Assembly: GCF_006345805.1 (NCBI RefSeq)
Contig: NC_043001.1
Span: 20,026,001 to 20,090,000 of the forward strand
Reading direction: 5' to 3'
Length of the DNA: 64,000 nt
From: Octopus sinensis
Lineage: Eukaryota
Shown piece by piece: positions 12,238 to 24,359 of this stretch (positions are counted from its first letter, which is position 1; the number at the start of each line of letters is the position of its first letter). The position numbers and the translations under genes were made by a program. The notes under the pieces were generated by a model. That model had not been told where the DNA came from. It saw only the letters and a program-made list of their open reading frames with translations, and ran no database searches.

Positions 12238-12600
12238 TATGTTAGTTAGTCAGTTAATTTTTTGGCTCAAAAAGCAAAAAGCAAGGCCATGTAGGGGGAC
12301 ATGGAGTTATGTACAGGGTGGTGTTCATGTAAAGAGTTCAGACCACTTGAGGTCAAGGGAGACTTTGAACTGAGCGGTCATCGCCATCTTCACCATCTCG
12401 TCTGGCAGCTTATTCCAAGGATCCGCAACCCAGACAGAGAAAGCTCCTCTCCTTCGATTGAGATGAAATCGTCGCAGATAGAGCTTTTCAGAATGACCCC
12501 GCAGCCGACGCTCTGGAGCAAGAGTGAAGAACAGCTCTTTCGAGAGGAGGTGATAGGCATTGAGTGTAACTAGGAGTTGCTTCAAGACAACTTGTTGCAA
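12238..12600 (-). mobile_element. CR1-clade LINE 3' end
   Basis: RRLRGHSEKLYLRRFHLNRRRGAFSVWVADPWNKLPDEMV...FKVSLD fits the CR1 ORF2 C-terminus (RGH..KL...R..FS.RV...WN.LP); short 3' UTR with (TAAC)n tail. Confidence 0.85.
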
Positions 12601-13204
12601 GCTACTGACTAGGTTTGTGGATGGAGTAAGGCACCAGGTAGATGGAAGACAACCTGTTGGCAAAATGGAAAGGTAGTTGGCTTTTAAAGTTAAAAGGCAG
12701 GCTTGGAAAGAGAAGTAAAGAACAGTATCAGTTAGCCAGAAGATATTGTGTAAATGTAACAAGGAGTGAAGCTGAAAGAAGTTAGCAAGCAATGAGATTG
12801 TAAGCTGGATTATAAAGCAGTGTACTGTGGTAAATAGAGCTCTCATTGGGTGGGTAGGAGTGTATATAGAATGACAGTGGTTGCTGATGTTGAAAAGAGA
12901 AAGGTTATTTCAAAAGACTGTTGAATGAGGAGAATATTGGAAAAGAGAGGATCCATTCCATGGAGACCAGACAGCAATGCTAGCTGTTAAATTTGACAGC
13001 TATATGGTCAAATTCAAGTCACTGAGCCATTGTCACATGGTAAATTGCTTGCATAGTTGATCAGATAGCACAGAGAAGGTCCATCATATTTAATAACTGG
13101 TTAGCAATATCATAATTATTATAAGGGCAAAAAGAATGCTGTAAAAAGAACCAGCTGCAAAGGCATCAACTGGACAAACCAAGGGATGAAAGTAGTGGAG
13201 AATT

Positions 13205-13590
13205 GGATGGAAGCACTCCGTCGGTTACGACAACGAGGGTTCCGGTTGATCCGATCAACGGAACAGCCTGCTCGTGAAATTAACGTGTAAGTGGCTGAGC
13301 ATTCCACAGACAAGTGTACCCTTAACGTAGTTCTCGGGGATATTCAGCGTGACACAGAGAGTGACAAGGCCGGCCCTTTGAAATACAGGTACAACAGAAA
13401 CAGGAAGTAAGAGCGAGAGAAAGTTGTGGTGAAAGAGTACAGCAGGGATCACCACCATCCCTGCCGGAGCCTCGTGGAGCTTTAGGTGTTTTCGCTCAAT
13501 AAACACTCACAACGCCCGGTCTGGGAATCGAAACCGCGATCCTACGACCACGAGTCCGCTGCCCTAACCACTGGGCCATTGCGCCTCCAC
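13205..13590 (-). mobile_element. tRNA-headed SINE family C (tail type 1) with 11-bp TSD
   Basis: Head gtggaggcgcaatggcccagtggttagggcagcggactc...ggtttcgattcccagacc (A and B boxes); TSD AGTGGAGAATT at 13194-13204 and 13591-13601. Confidence 0.9.
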
Positions 13591-14989
13591 AGTGGAGAAT
13601 TAACTTAGGTGAGATTGGTTCATATCTTCTTCCTTGTGTGATTACTACATAAGCTCTTAACCATGCTCTGTAGTCAGATGTTTACTAAGTAAATTAAATC
13701 TAGATGAATGTTTCTGGAGAGTTGTGCAAGCCATGTACAGAGATGTCAGCATGATGGCAGTAAGTTATAAGTTCAGTGAGGAATGGATGTTCATTAAAGT
13801 TTTGTTCTCAGCCGTCTCCTATTACAGTTCTCCAGGCCATAACAGAAGAGTTTAAGATGAGCTGTCACTGAGAACTTCTGTATACTGATGACCTAGTTCT
13901 CATAGCTGTATCTGTCAGTTATAGAAATTCCAAAATGTGGATGTACAGACTAAAATTGAGAAGCCTCAAGGTAAATTTATCTGAAACAAAAACTCCAGAT
14001 TGTAGGAAAGAAGGCATGACTCTACTGTTATCAAGGAGATTGTCATGTTCAGTATGCAGAAAAAGAATAGGTAAGATCTCTGTACTGTGTACTTCATATG
14101 AACTATGGGCGCACAAGAGGTGCTGGGTCATCACGAGTAGGCCGATAGGTAAATGAAAAAAAAAAAAAAGGCTTGAAAGAGTACTAACGAAATAATTTTT
14201 TCAAAAAGCTCAAGGCCCTCAAAGTATTTCAATAGTTTTTGTTTCCTAAGTAACCTAATAGTTAAGGTAGGTTTCTGAAAGTGTAGTAACCAGAGTAAAT
14301 ATTGTGTAGAAAGTGTTCGGAGACCTGCTGGTAGCTTGAAATTCTCAAAGTGAAGGGCTGGTTATATGCTTGTGAACAAAGTGATGTTGCATGGCAGTGG
14401 AACATGGTTACTGAATATGGATGATATGTGAAGGCTGGGGAAAAAAAAGGAACACGCTCTGCTCAATGTGTAATGCTGGTTTGTATGAACAATGAAACAG
14501 TGGAAATGAGCAGAATAAAAGACTGAATGCAAGTGGAATCAGATGCAGTATACAAGAGGGAAGGCTATGCACTTAGGATATATGATGCATGTAGAGGATG
14601 ACAGCTGGCCGAAGGAGTGTCAACTAATCTAAGTTGAAGGGTTAGGCAGAAGTGAGAGAGACTTGAGAAGATATGATAAAAGCTGATATCAAAATACTAA
14701 ATCTCACTAATATCACAAAGGTCTGCAACAGATGGTGAGACGTGCTAATGAAGGCTCATGCAGACAAAATGATGATAACGGTTATAATAAAATTACCATT
14801 TTTCACATAGTATTGTCACCTCAAGATTGTAGTAAAAAAAAAAAAAACTTGCTCTAAAAGTGATACTAGAACCTAAATATATATTATCTTAAGTTTTTAA
14901 TTAAATGTTAGAAAATTGTGTTTTTTGTAATTAGCTTAATATTTAAACAATATTTTTGTTATGCATTAAAAATAAAAGAATGCTTGTAG

Positions 14990-15033
14990 ATACTAACATT
15001 CTCCTGAGATCTTGGCTGTCGTATGTGCACTAT
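14990..15033 (+). CDS. Candidate exon (44 nt, or 31 nt with the donor at 15021)
   Basis: tgcttgtAG; donors TAT|GTAAAG or GTC|GTATGT. Only phase 1 is open: DTNILLRSWLS(YVHY). Confidence 0.3.
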
Positions 15034-15949
15034 GTAAAGGTTCTATTATTTATTAGTAATTGATCAAATTTATAGCTGCACATGCTTAATTGGTTTTATT
15101 TTAATAGCTTATTGATTTACATTGTCTATATGTTGCTTGTACAGCAAATATTTTAGTTGTGACTACATAGTTTCTGTGGCATGCTTTATTGTAGTAATCA
15201 AAGTAGTTACAGGGGAATTCAGTTCACACAAAAGTCTGGGAAATACTGAATGCAGAAAACATAACTCTGACCCCTTGCATCGAGAAATTTCATGTTCTCG
15301 AAAATCTTACTGTTATAGAAAATTCTGTAACATGAAACTTATTTTCTCATTGATTTCCCTTTTATAAATTGAGATGTGTTCTGACATACCCCACCCCCCA
15401 TACACAATTTTATGCATGTAAATAATTTTTAAACATGCTCAGTATCATATGTATAGTAAAGAAAGGGAGCAAAAATAATAATGGAATAGATAAAAATATT
15501 TTGGCTATATCATTGTAAAGAATGTACTCTTGATGTTGACCACTGTGTGATGGGAGGTGGTACATTGGCACATCTAGGATGGAAGATGGACAGTATATGC
15601 ATCCCAGTAAATCATCAGCATCTACTTCAGAGTAAAGAACTTATACAAAGTTGTTTATTGTCATCCACCCATCACTTTCTTTATAGGTCTAAGTAGGAAC
15701 TAAATTCATTTTAACTCTTCTGTATTTTTTTAGTTACATTTGCAATTAAGGATATTAATATTAAAGATATATAAATCTTCCTCTAAGTTCTAATCATTCA
15801 CCATATTCTTTACAACCAAATAAAGTCTCTATATTCTCTTCTTGCACTGCAGGTTTCACTTATTCTAATGACATTGGCCCCTCATTAGATTAATTTTCTA
15901 AATAGAATTCTAGCAACTTATGCACATTATCATCTATGGTTTCTTCGAA

Positions 15950-17150
15950 ACCTACATTAATTGTCTGTGTCATAGTATTTTGCTGAATTTAATGCAGACT
16001 TTCTGCTGGTGAAAAACCTGACAAGTCAAAGATACAGTCTGACCATATGTTTTTAAAAGCACCATCCATAACAGATGCCTTATTTCATCTTATGACTTGA
16101 CTGTGTTGTCTACAGCATTCATGATGCCACACATTCTCCATTAGTTCCTAAGTGTGTATATTTATCCTCTTCAATTGTTTTTAAAAGTTCTTCTCAGATA
16201 ATATTCTATGAAGCTAGCTCACCTTGATCCACTGGATGGAGCAAGGAGGCTATGTTCTTGGGGATACAGTCTATTCTTACATTATCAAAAAGACTATTTA
16301 AATTCACTCTGAGGCTTATTGCATGTCTAAAAGCAACTGCTTTGTTTGAAATAAACCTGGTACTATACCTTTTTACTATAGGACCGAAAGAAAAATGCTT
16401 TTAAGTCAATCTTGGAAAGCACTCATTGTCATCCAAGTCTTAGGACATTGTTACAAGTTAATTAAACTTAACATAACCCTTGAAAGCTCTTAGATTTTTA
16501 GTTTGATACATGAATGAGTGTTTTAATTTTATATCACCCACAGCATTTCCTCCCAAAAGAGTCATCAGATGAACCATCAGAAACTTTAGAACCAATTACT
16601 GATTTTTTTTTTTTTTTTATAAGAAATGTCCTTGCAAGCATGTGCTTCTAGAAAAGCTATTTTCATCAGTATTATACACTTGTTCTAATGTGTATTTTCT
16701 TCAGTTCCTTAGAATAATAGTTAGCAGGTTCACCAAAGCTTCTAACTGGCCAGAAAAGCATTTACCTCAGGATTTGCATCGTTCTCTCTCTGAAAATTAT
16801 AGTCTTGTAACTTTTATTGGATTGACTGTTGTGTTTATCAGCACGTTGTCCAGTTTGTTGACCTACATACCACCCATTTTGTATTAAGCATCATATTAGA
16901 TCTATTAAAAAAAAAAAGGAAAAAAAAAAAAACTGTTCAAGCAATTAATAGAGTAGCTGCTTGAGCACTTGACCTAATTTTATCTGTATTCCTTCTGTAG
17001 ACACTGCAAGCTTTTTGCAATATGGCTGATTCTTTTCTCTTGCATTAGACTTTTCTAAAATATCAGGTTTACCGTTTAATATAATCTCTTTATGACTCCC
17101 TTTGGCACTACTTCTTTCACCTCCATTTGATGGCCTTTTTCCAGTCATGT
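15950..17150 (-). mobile_element. Decayed pogo/Tigger-type transposase, near full length
   Basis: Motifs in order: HKEIILNGKPDILEK (CENP-B/psq HTH), YTLEQVYNTDE, KLK.LFMYQ.KNLRAFKG, WMT..AF.D, NVRIDCIPKNIASLLHPVDQG (DDE_1), YYLRRTF; many stops and frameshifts. Confidence 0.85.
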
Positions 17151-17494
17151 GTTAGCGTAATGCACTATACTTTACATGTTTGTAGTTAAATCCAACAGCA
17201 GTGGAAATAAAGAAATCCATGCCAAATAATAAGGAAATTAGTGATGGTCTGTATTGGCAAGAAGTAATGTTTTTCTAACATCAAAATCAGAGGTGGAGAA
17301 GTGATGTCAAAAGGTGGGAACTGTACAATACAGGAGGAAGTGGTGTATGATTTAAATCTCTTGATGTTAACCACCCGAAACCAGCCCTGGTTGAATGATA
17401 ACAAACTTCCTGTTTTAAAGTGATCTAAACCAAAACCTTCCATTCAAAATTTCATATTAATTTATGATCCAAACACTGTCTTTAATCTTCTAGT

Positions 17495-17735
17495 TTCAGC
17501 TATTAGATGGTGGCCATGCTGGGACACCTCATTGAAGAATTTTTAGTTGAATGAAGACACACACACACACATGCATGATGGGCTTTCAGTTTCTGTCTGC
17601 CAAATCCACTCACAAGGCTTTGGTTGGCCCAAAGTTATAGTAGAAGACATTTGCCCAAAGTGCCACAGAGTGGAACTGAACTCAGAACCATGTGGTTGGA
17701 AACGAAACTACTTACCACACACCAGCCTGCACCTA
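17495..17735 (-). mobile_element. SINE family A (internally shortened)
   Basis: Head, core and 3' tail motifs of family A. Confidence 0.8.
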
Positions 17736-18024
17736 GCTTAATAATGACAGTTATATTACTAAGTTCTTCAATATTTTCAAAATTAGGTGAAACTTTTTCA
17801 ACAGAAATATAAATTGAAATCAAGAATGTCAAGAACAATGAAACACAAGGTCAATTTAATTGATGCATGCACAAAGTAGAGGAAAGAGGGAGTTTGTTAG
17901 ATGAGAGAGACTGGAAAACGAGGAGTTGAGCAATCAAATGTAATATCACACCAAATATATATTTTAAAAATAATTAATTTTTATACATATACATGCTGGT
18001 GCCACATATATTACTCCCATGCCA

Positions 18025-18185
18025 GTGCCACATAGTACGCTCTGTAAAGTGGTTGGTGTTAGAAAGGATATCCAGCTGTAGAAACCATGCCAAAACAGAC
18101 AATTGGAGTCTGGGAAGCTCTCTCTAACCAGCTCCTGTCAAACTGTCCAACTCATACCAGCATGGAAACAGATGTCAAATAATGA
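18025..18185 (+). mobile_element. SINE family B 3' fragment
   Basis: ctctgtaaagtggttggtgttagaaaggatatccagctgtagaaac...catggaaac. Confidence 0.7.
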
Positions 18186-18369
18186 TATATAAAAATTAAG
18201 GTTTTAGAATTGTTAAGGTTTGCCTGAGTTATTGTATGGGCAAGATTACTGTCCATATCCTGAAATTAGTGGTTGGGTTACAATTTCCATAGACATCACA
18301 TGGTAGTTGTAAATGAGCATCACCATTGAAAAACAAGATCGTTCCTAGTTTTCTTTGAAAAATTTCTCT

Positions 18370-18505
18370 GACCATGGGAAAATATAACCTTACTTGGAAA
18401 CAAGTGAAGGTTAGCAACAAGAAAGACATCAGCCTGTAGAAAATCTGCCTCAACGAATTCTATCTGACCCATGCAAGCATGGAAAAGTGGGTGTTAGATG
18501 ATAAT
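18370..18505 (+). mobile_element. SINE B2 3' fragment
   Basis: catgggaaaatataaccttacttggaaac...gtagaaaatctgcctcaacg...catggaaaagtgg. Confidence 0.7.
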
Positions 18506-18531
18506 GGTGGTGGTTAAGTAACCCTTAACTA

Positions 18532-19070
18532 TGAAGGGGTGCTGGAAAGTTCTTGGCTTAAAAAGGGTATCACAAAAGGTCTGGTCGGAGGCCCAACCTT
18601 CCAAGTTCTTTTACAGGGCTTTGAAAAATTAAAGGATTGCTACAATAAGTGTGTGTATCTCAGAGGGGAATATCATCATCATCATCATTTAGCGTCCGCT
18701 TTCCATGCTAGCATGGTTTGGACGGTTCAACTGGGGTCTGTGAAGCCAGAAGGCTGCACCAGGCCCAGTCTGATCTGGCAGTGTTTCTACGGCTGGATGC
18801 CCTTCCTAATGCCAACCACTCCGTGAGTGTAGTGGGTGCTTTTTACGTGCCACCAGCACGAGGCCAGTCGGGGTGGCGCTGGCAACGGTCACGAACGGAT
18901 GGTGGTGCCAGACGAGTCTGGCAAACGGCCACGAACGGATGGTGGTGCCAGACGAGTCTGGCAAACGGCCACGAACGGATGGTGCTTTTTTACATGAAAT
19001 AAAATCATAATTAACTGATCCTCCTTTATTTGCTTTTACCCAAAGCCAGGAACTTTTCAGCACCTTCTTG
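18532..19070 (+). mobile_element. mariner-type non-autonomous element with nested SINE B
   Basis: TA|TGAAGGGGTGCTGGAAAGTTCTTGGCTT ... AAGCCAGGAACTTTTCAGCACCTTCTTG|TA; retains the transposase C-terminus FEKLKDCYNKCVYLRGEY. Confidence 0.85.
18672..18992 (-). mobile_element. SINE family B with a ~43-bp tandem sub-repeat
   Basis: Family B module; ggatggtggtgccagacgagtctggcaaacggccacgaac duplicated. Confidence 0.9.
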
Positions 19071-20189
19071 TAGAGTTTCTATAACAAGGTAGAAAGCCTG
19101 TATAATACTTTAAGCACATGTCCAGATTATTTAGCATGTGAGATTCAGATTCTTTCATTGGCAATTTTGTATTTCAATTTACTCTGCCTTTCTTACATTT
19201 ACCACAATCAGCTCCATCCAAAACACCAGCTTAAAAAGAGAAATGTTGTACAGATAATTGGATTGTGTACACACAACCAATACATTATTCTGCATACTGC
19301 ATTTGTTGGTCACCACCAAACATTTGATCAGTAAATTGTTTGTTTGTGTAAAGGTGATTGGTTCTTTATATGAAAGAAAGGAATTTGACAAATTGAAGAG
19401 TAAAAAAAAAAGGACCAATTTAACATTTGGAATGGAGGAAATAATTTTGTGATTTCAACATCACAAATGTAAATAGGAAAGTTTGTTGTCTAAAATGAGA
19501 TCAGTTGATAGATTAAAAACTGCTATTTCATATTCATTGGTCAGTGAACTTATGCTGTGTAAGTGAGGTGATAAAGTGTATCTTGTTATCTAAAGGACAA
19601 GTACAGTTTAAGATAGATGTCTCTAGGAATTGTTGCTGCTGTACTAAAGATATGAGGTTATAAATTTGTATTGGAAATATTACTGCAGGAAAATTGAGTT
19701 TATTTCTTTACAGGTTTCATCTATTATAAGATTAATTTTTGTGTTTTTTAATGTTTTTTTTAAAATTAGTTACTGAAGGTTATTATTAGTTTGGTTCTAT
19801 TTTATTACATTCTTCAGAGGCAAGCTTGATCTAGTAGGAAAAAATATTTTTGTACTCATCACCTGAGATGGGAAATGATATTTCTGTTTCATTTGCCTTT
19901 TTTTTTTTTCTTGTTTCCACACAGAAGTCAAAACTGTTCTCTGTTGTTCAAATTTGATTTAATTATGCCAACATAGAAAAATGGGTGTTAGAGTGTAATT
20001 TATGATGCATAATACAATAAATACTTTTTAAAAATCATGATGAATCTTAAAAGCAACCTGTAATTTTTTTTCTGAATTTCTGGTTTACCATCTTGACTAT
20101 TCTGCGATAAAAATCAGCTGACATATACTTGTAAAGTCATGAGATTACCTCAGTAATATTAATTTTATTAAATATCTTAAATCTTGGGT

Positions 20190-20339
20190 GACGTGTGGTA
20201 AGTAGTTTGTTTACCAACCGCATGGTTCCGGGTTCAGTCCCACTGCGTGGCACCTTGGGCAAGTGTCTTCTACTATAGCCTCAGGCTGACCAAAGCCTTT
20301 TGAGTGGATTTGGTAGACGGAAGCTGAAAGAAGCCTGTC

Positions 20340-20395
<56 letters not shown>

Positions 20396-20582
20396 CTGTG
20401 TTTGTCCCCCTAGCATTGCTGGTGTGTTTATGTCCCCGTTACTTAGCGGTTCGGCAAAAGAGACCGATAGAATAAGTACTGGGCTTACAGAAGAATAAGT
20501 CCTGGGGTTGAGTTGCTTGATTAAAAGCGGTGCTCCAGCATGGCCGCAGTCAAATGACTGAAACAAGTAAAAGAGTAAGAGT
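20190..20582 (+). mobile_element. SINE family A (young) with (TA)n(TG)n core
   Basis: Near-consensus head, core and tail gactgaaacaagtaaaagagtaa. Confidence 0.9.
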
Positions 20583-20845
20583 AACAATAGCTTCAGAAGA
20601 ATTTGCAAGCCTTTCCCCTAAATGTTTTGAATCATAAAATGACAAGATTAAAAAGCCTAAGATTTAAGGTCGTTTTGTATGAATATTCTTTAATTCTTTA
20701 AATTGCTTCAGCTTTAAAGCTGCGGTCATGCTGGGGCACCACCATTGGAATATGTTAATGATATAAAAATGAATTTTGAAACTGAAAATAATATGAAATT
20801 GTATTAACATAATATAGTATTTATGAAATTATTTATATTTTTCAG

Positions 20846-20871
20846 GAATCACCTCATCAATGTACTGAAAC
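20846..20871 (+). CDS. Candidate 26-nt microexon
   Basis: attatttatatttttcAG|GAATCACCTCATCAATGTACTGAAAC|GTGAGT; ESPHQCTE(T) (0-2) or NHLINVLK (2-1). Confidence 0.5.
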
Positions 20872-21034
20872 GTGAGTATGTATTTTATGTATAAATGCTT
20901 CTAAAATTAACATTTGAATAGTTATCTGCTAATTTAGAGATTTAAAAGAAATAAGTTTTAGATGTTTAAAGCTATTTTTCTTTCTGTTTCTTTCACAAAA
21001 TGTGTTTAAAATATTGATTGTAGGTGGGATGGGG

Positions 21035-21400
21035 TGAGGGAGTCATGTAGTTAAGAATCTCACTTTGCAATCATGTAGTTGTAGGTTCAGTCCCACTGCA
21101 GTACCTTGGGTACATGTCTCCTAGTATGCCATTTGGGCCATCTGATACCTTGTGAGTGGAGTTGGTAGGTGGAAACTGTATGGAAGTGTATTGCATGTGT
21201 GTGTGTATGCATGTCTGTGTTTGTCTGCCTCCCCCTACTATTTGACAACGGGTGTTGGTTTGTTTACATCCCTGTAACTTTGCAATTCAGCAAAAGAGAC
21301 TAATAGAATAAGTACCAGACTGAAGTCAATCTGTTTGACGAAAAACAATTAAAGGTATGGCTCCAGCCTGACTACAATCCAATGACTGAAACTCGTAAAG
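21035..21400 (+). mobile_element. SINE family A (old)
   Basis: Diverged head, core and tail. Confidence 0.75.
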
Positions 21401-21419
21401 GCTCAAAGAATTCTTACAT

Positions 21420-22100
21420 TTTCATTCGAAATAAAGTTATCGCTAAAATCTTTAAGCTTGCATTGAAGAGCTTATAATTCTTATCTTGATAGTATTTAAT
21501 AATGAAGTCTTACAAAATATATAGGTGTGTGTTAGTAGGTATGATACTTACCCTAATTATGCACACGTGCATGTGTGTGTCATTAGGGCATGTTGCATTA
21601 TGCACGTTTCGTTAGGTAAACAACTGAAAAATGTATTAATCATTTTAATGTTGAGCCATTTAGATTTTCTAAAGGTACATTTAGTTAGTATAGGAGTAGG
21701 GGTAATATGTTCCTTATGTTAAGGGGAGAAGGCTTAGCTATGCTTTCAGTCATGCATGATCATATTCCGAGGAGTGTCAAGTAAAATAATAGTTCATTTT
21801 GTTAGTGAGCAAGTGGATAAATGTGTGAATGAACACCACTTATTAGTTGTCGGCAATTATTTTTATAGCTTCGGTGAGAGGGTGTAAATAAATGGTGGAT
21901 TGGAGATTAAGAGTTAACTGTTGTGTGGTGATTAGTTAATGTTTAGAAGCTGTTACATTGCGATTGGTTGCCAATTAATGGATAATATATAAGGTAGGTA
22001 TCGGTTATGAAGTGGGACTGGGAGGTATGGGAGTGTGTTTGTGGTTAAAGTTTAGTTATTAATTGGAAATTTGTGTTGATGGTTTTTGTCAATTTATGTT
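21420..22100 (-). mobile_element. Possible Penelope-like retroelement remnant
   Basis: The - strand is C/A-rich with YFT.HSS..I, weakly GIY-YIG-like; decayed. Confidence 0.25.
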
Positions 22101-22149
22101 GGAACAAATTTATTGAATACCTTATAAATGAAGGGATTAAGCTAGCTTT

Positions 22150-22275
22150 TATCTTTTACTTGTTTCAGTCACTAGTCTGATGTCGTGCTGGGGTACTGAC
22201 TTTCAAGGCTGATAGAATAAGTTACAGGAACACCATTTGTTGGTAGGGTGCAACAGACACACACACGAAGATGAA

Positions 22276-22320
<45 letters not shown>

Positions 22321-22497
22321 CATCATCATCATTTAACATCTGTTGTTTAAGCTGGCATAAGGACTTCTTTCAGTTCCTATCTATCAAATTAAATTTACTC
22401 ATGGTTTTTGTTAGCCAAAGGCTATGGTAGAAGGCATTTGCCTAAGGTGCCATGCAGTGAGACTGAACCCAGAACCATGTGGTTGGGAAGCAACAAA
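22150..22497 (-). mobile_element. SINE family A containing a short family B tail fragment within its microsatellite
   Basis: A tail, then (TG)n(TA)n, then catcatcatcatttaacatctg, then A head. Confidence 0.7.
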
Positions 22498-22699
22498 ATT
22501 TTTTTTTTTTGGCATTATTACTTTTGACGAGGACTTTGTTTACCCAAATACGCATAAAATTTTTTTGAGGAAAATGTGACTTTTCAACCTATTGCATGTG
22601 TCAGATTCCTTGAAAGGGTTTATGTGGAAATGTAAAAGAGCCTTGTTTAGTATATGGGAAAGGAGCAAGTAGGAACTTAATGTTGGTACTTAATGGTTA

Positions 22700-22945
22700 C
22701 ATGAAAGGAAAACCAAGATCTTAGATGCACAAGAATAGTGCCGTTCAAGAATTTGGACCTGGAGATCTCCATTTCCAGCGACTTCGAGGGCCATCTCCCA
22801 GTAGTGTTGGGCGTCAACGAAGAGCCCCTGACTACAAGACTACGACCAAAGTTTTTTTTCCCATGGTCTGGGGTCTCCCGCCCCTAAGCCCTAGACCATC
22901 ACCTAATCACCCTTACCCATCTTGTTGCTTAACAACAACAACAAG
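22700..22945 (+). mobile_element. Short non-LTR element: endonuclease C-terminal fragment plus 3' tail
   Basis: KNLDLEISISSDFEGHLPVVLGVNEEP (APE endonuclease S.DH.PV-like) followed by a C-rich UTR and (AAC)n tail; CpG-rich. Confidence 0.5.
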
Positions 22946-23311
22946 AATAGCTAGGAGTAGGAGAACCCTTGAAATTAAATTCATGAACCACTCTGGTGAT
23001 GACAGAAACATGACATGGTAGGTGAAAGTGGAGCAAGTGTTGGTAGGGAAAGTTCCCAACTGCCAAGAAAATCCCAGAAGTAAGTGTTAAGATGTTAGGT
23101 TTCAAGAATAAAATCATGAAGGATCATGACATGGGGTGGAGGTATGTTGTACAACAAAATCCTTTTAAAACCAACAGATGTGAAAATGACACTGATAACA
23201 GATGGGGAATTGTACTTTAATTTTACTGCTTGCATTCTTTTTTTTATATGGTAAAAATGGGAAAATTTTATCAAGATTGTCTGTGTTAGAGGTTTTTCAT
23301 ATACATCAGCA

Positions 23312-23612
23312 GGCATGGCTTTCTTCCTAACTACATGGTTCTGGGTTCAGTCCCACTGTGTGATACCTTAGGAAAGTGTCTTTTACTATAGTCTACGGCT
23401 GACCAAGAAATTGAAAGAAGCCCATTGTGTGTGTGTGTTACCCACCACCGCTTGACAACCAGTGTTGCTGTGTTTTCATCCCTGTAATTTTGCAGTTCAG
23501 CAAAAGAGACTGATAGAATAAGGACCAGGCTTTTAAAAAAATAAAAGTACTAGGGTCAGTTCATTCAACTAAAAATTATTCCAGGCAGTGCCCCAACATG
23601 GCTACATTCTAA
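23312..23612 (+). mobile_element. SINE family A (old)
   Basis: Head, core and tail motifs. Confidence 0.75.
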
Positions 23613-23775
23613 TGACTGAAAAGATAAAAGATATTACGTTTACAATGTTCAATAAAGCCACAAGAAATCAGTCAGTTGCAATAAGTGGTGCTCTGAATAC
23701 ATACATCTAAGATGCTAGTAGTTGTGTTCTGTGTATTTTCTTGGAGAGGTACTAGTATTCTTCATCAGAATCATA

Positions 23776-24008
23776 CCTTTTGATACCAACCCACTCTCTG
23801 ATTTCGTGATACAAAACTTTTTTAGAGTTCATCTTTATATTTAAACTGTCCACAGTTTTATGTAAGTTATCTTTTAAGACGTTCTAAACATTGGCTTGAT
23901 AATGAATAAAGTTAACTATTTTACTAATTGCTTTCAAATTGTTCATTGTTTTCAAATTTAATTGAAATAAACAAACTGCAGATTATCTTAGAAATATATA
24001 ACAAAAGA
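23776..24008. mobile_element. Degenerate piggyBac-type MITE copy
   Basis: ccttttgataccaacccac... body similar to 6187-6402; termini eroded. Confidence 0.55.
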
Positions 24009-24359
24009 TGTTTTCTCAGTTTTTTTTTTTTTTTTTTTTTTTGTACAGTGTTATATTATCTCTCAGTTCAGCTTCAATGTTTAGGCAACTAAAATTTCTT
24101 GTTCAATTTAAAGACTTTCATTAGTCAGATATCAGGAGTATTCACAGTTATTCACTCTTAATGTACAAACTAAAGAGTTTCTAGATCACTAAATAATTGA
24201 TTTAGGAATGAAAAAAAGCTGTCTTAAAGACACTATTGATACCAGTTTGCCTAAAACATCTTCTAGTTCTACAATACAAACTTTCCTGTTTTAAAAGTGA
24301 CCTACACAAAAGCTTTCTATCAAAATTTCATGTTATGTTCCAAACACCACAGTTATTTT

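Larger units (their letters stand above)
11480..14760 (+). mobile_element. Decayed RTE LINE (EN, RT and C-terminus) carrying nested CR1 and SINE insertions
   Basis: EN-like TNSRKSASCLITYQTG...QIDFTL (11.9-12.1 kb); RT-like YKGKKNA...KGI...GMKVVE (13.1 kb); LLYTDDLVLIA and CSVCRK (13.87-14.15 kb). Confidence 0.75.

Noticed and set aside
12325-12846. 173-aa ORF, the longest in the track, as a host gene
   Set aside because: The C-terminal ~60 aa are the CR1 ORF2 end; the rest is low-complexity read-through from C/T-rich repeat DNA.
16223-16326. Open - strand exon-like segment with AAG|GTGAGC
   Set aside because: It is the pogo DDE motif (IPKNIASLLHPVDQG) and continues collinearly on both sides.
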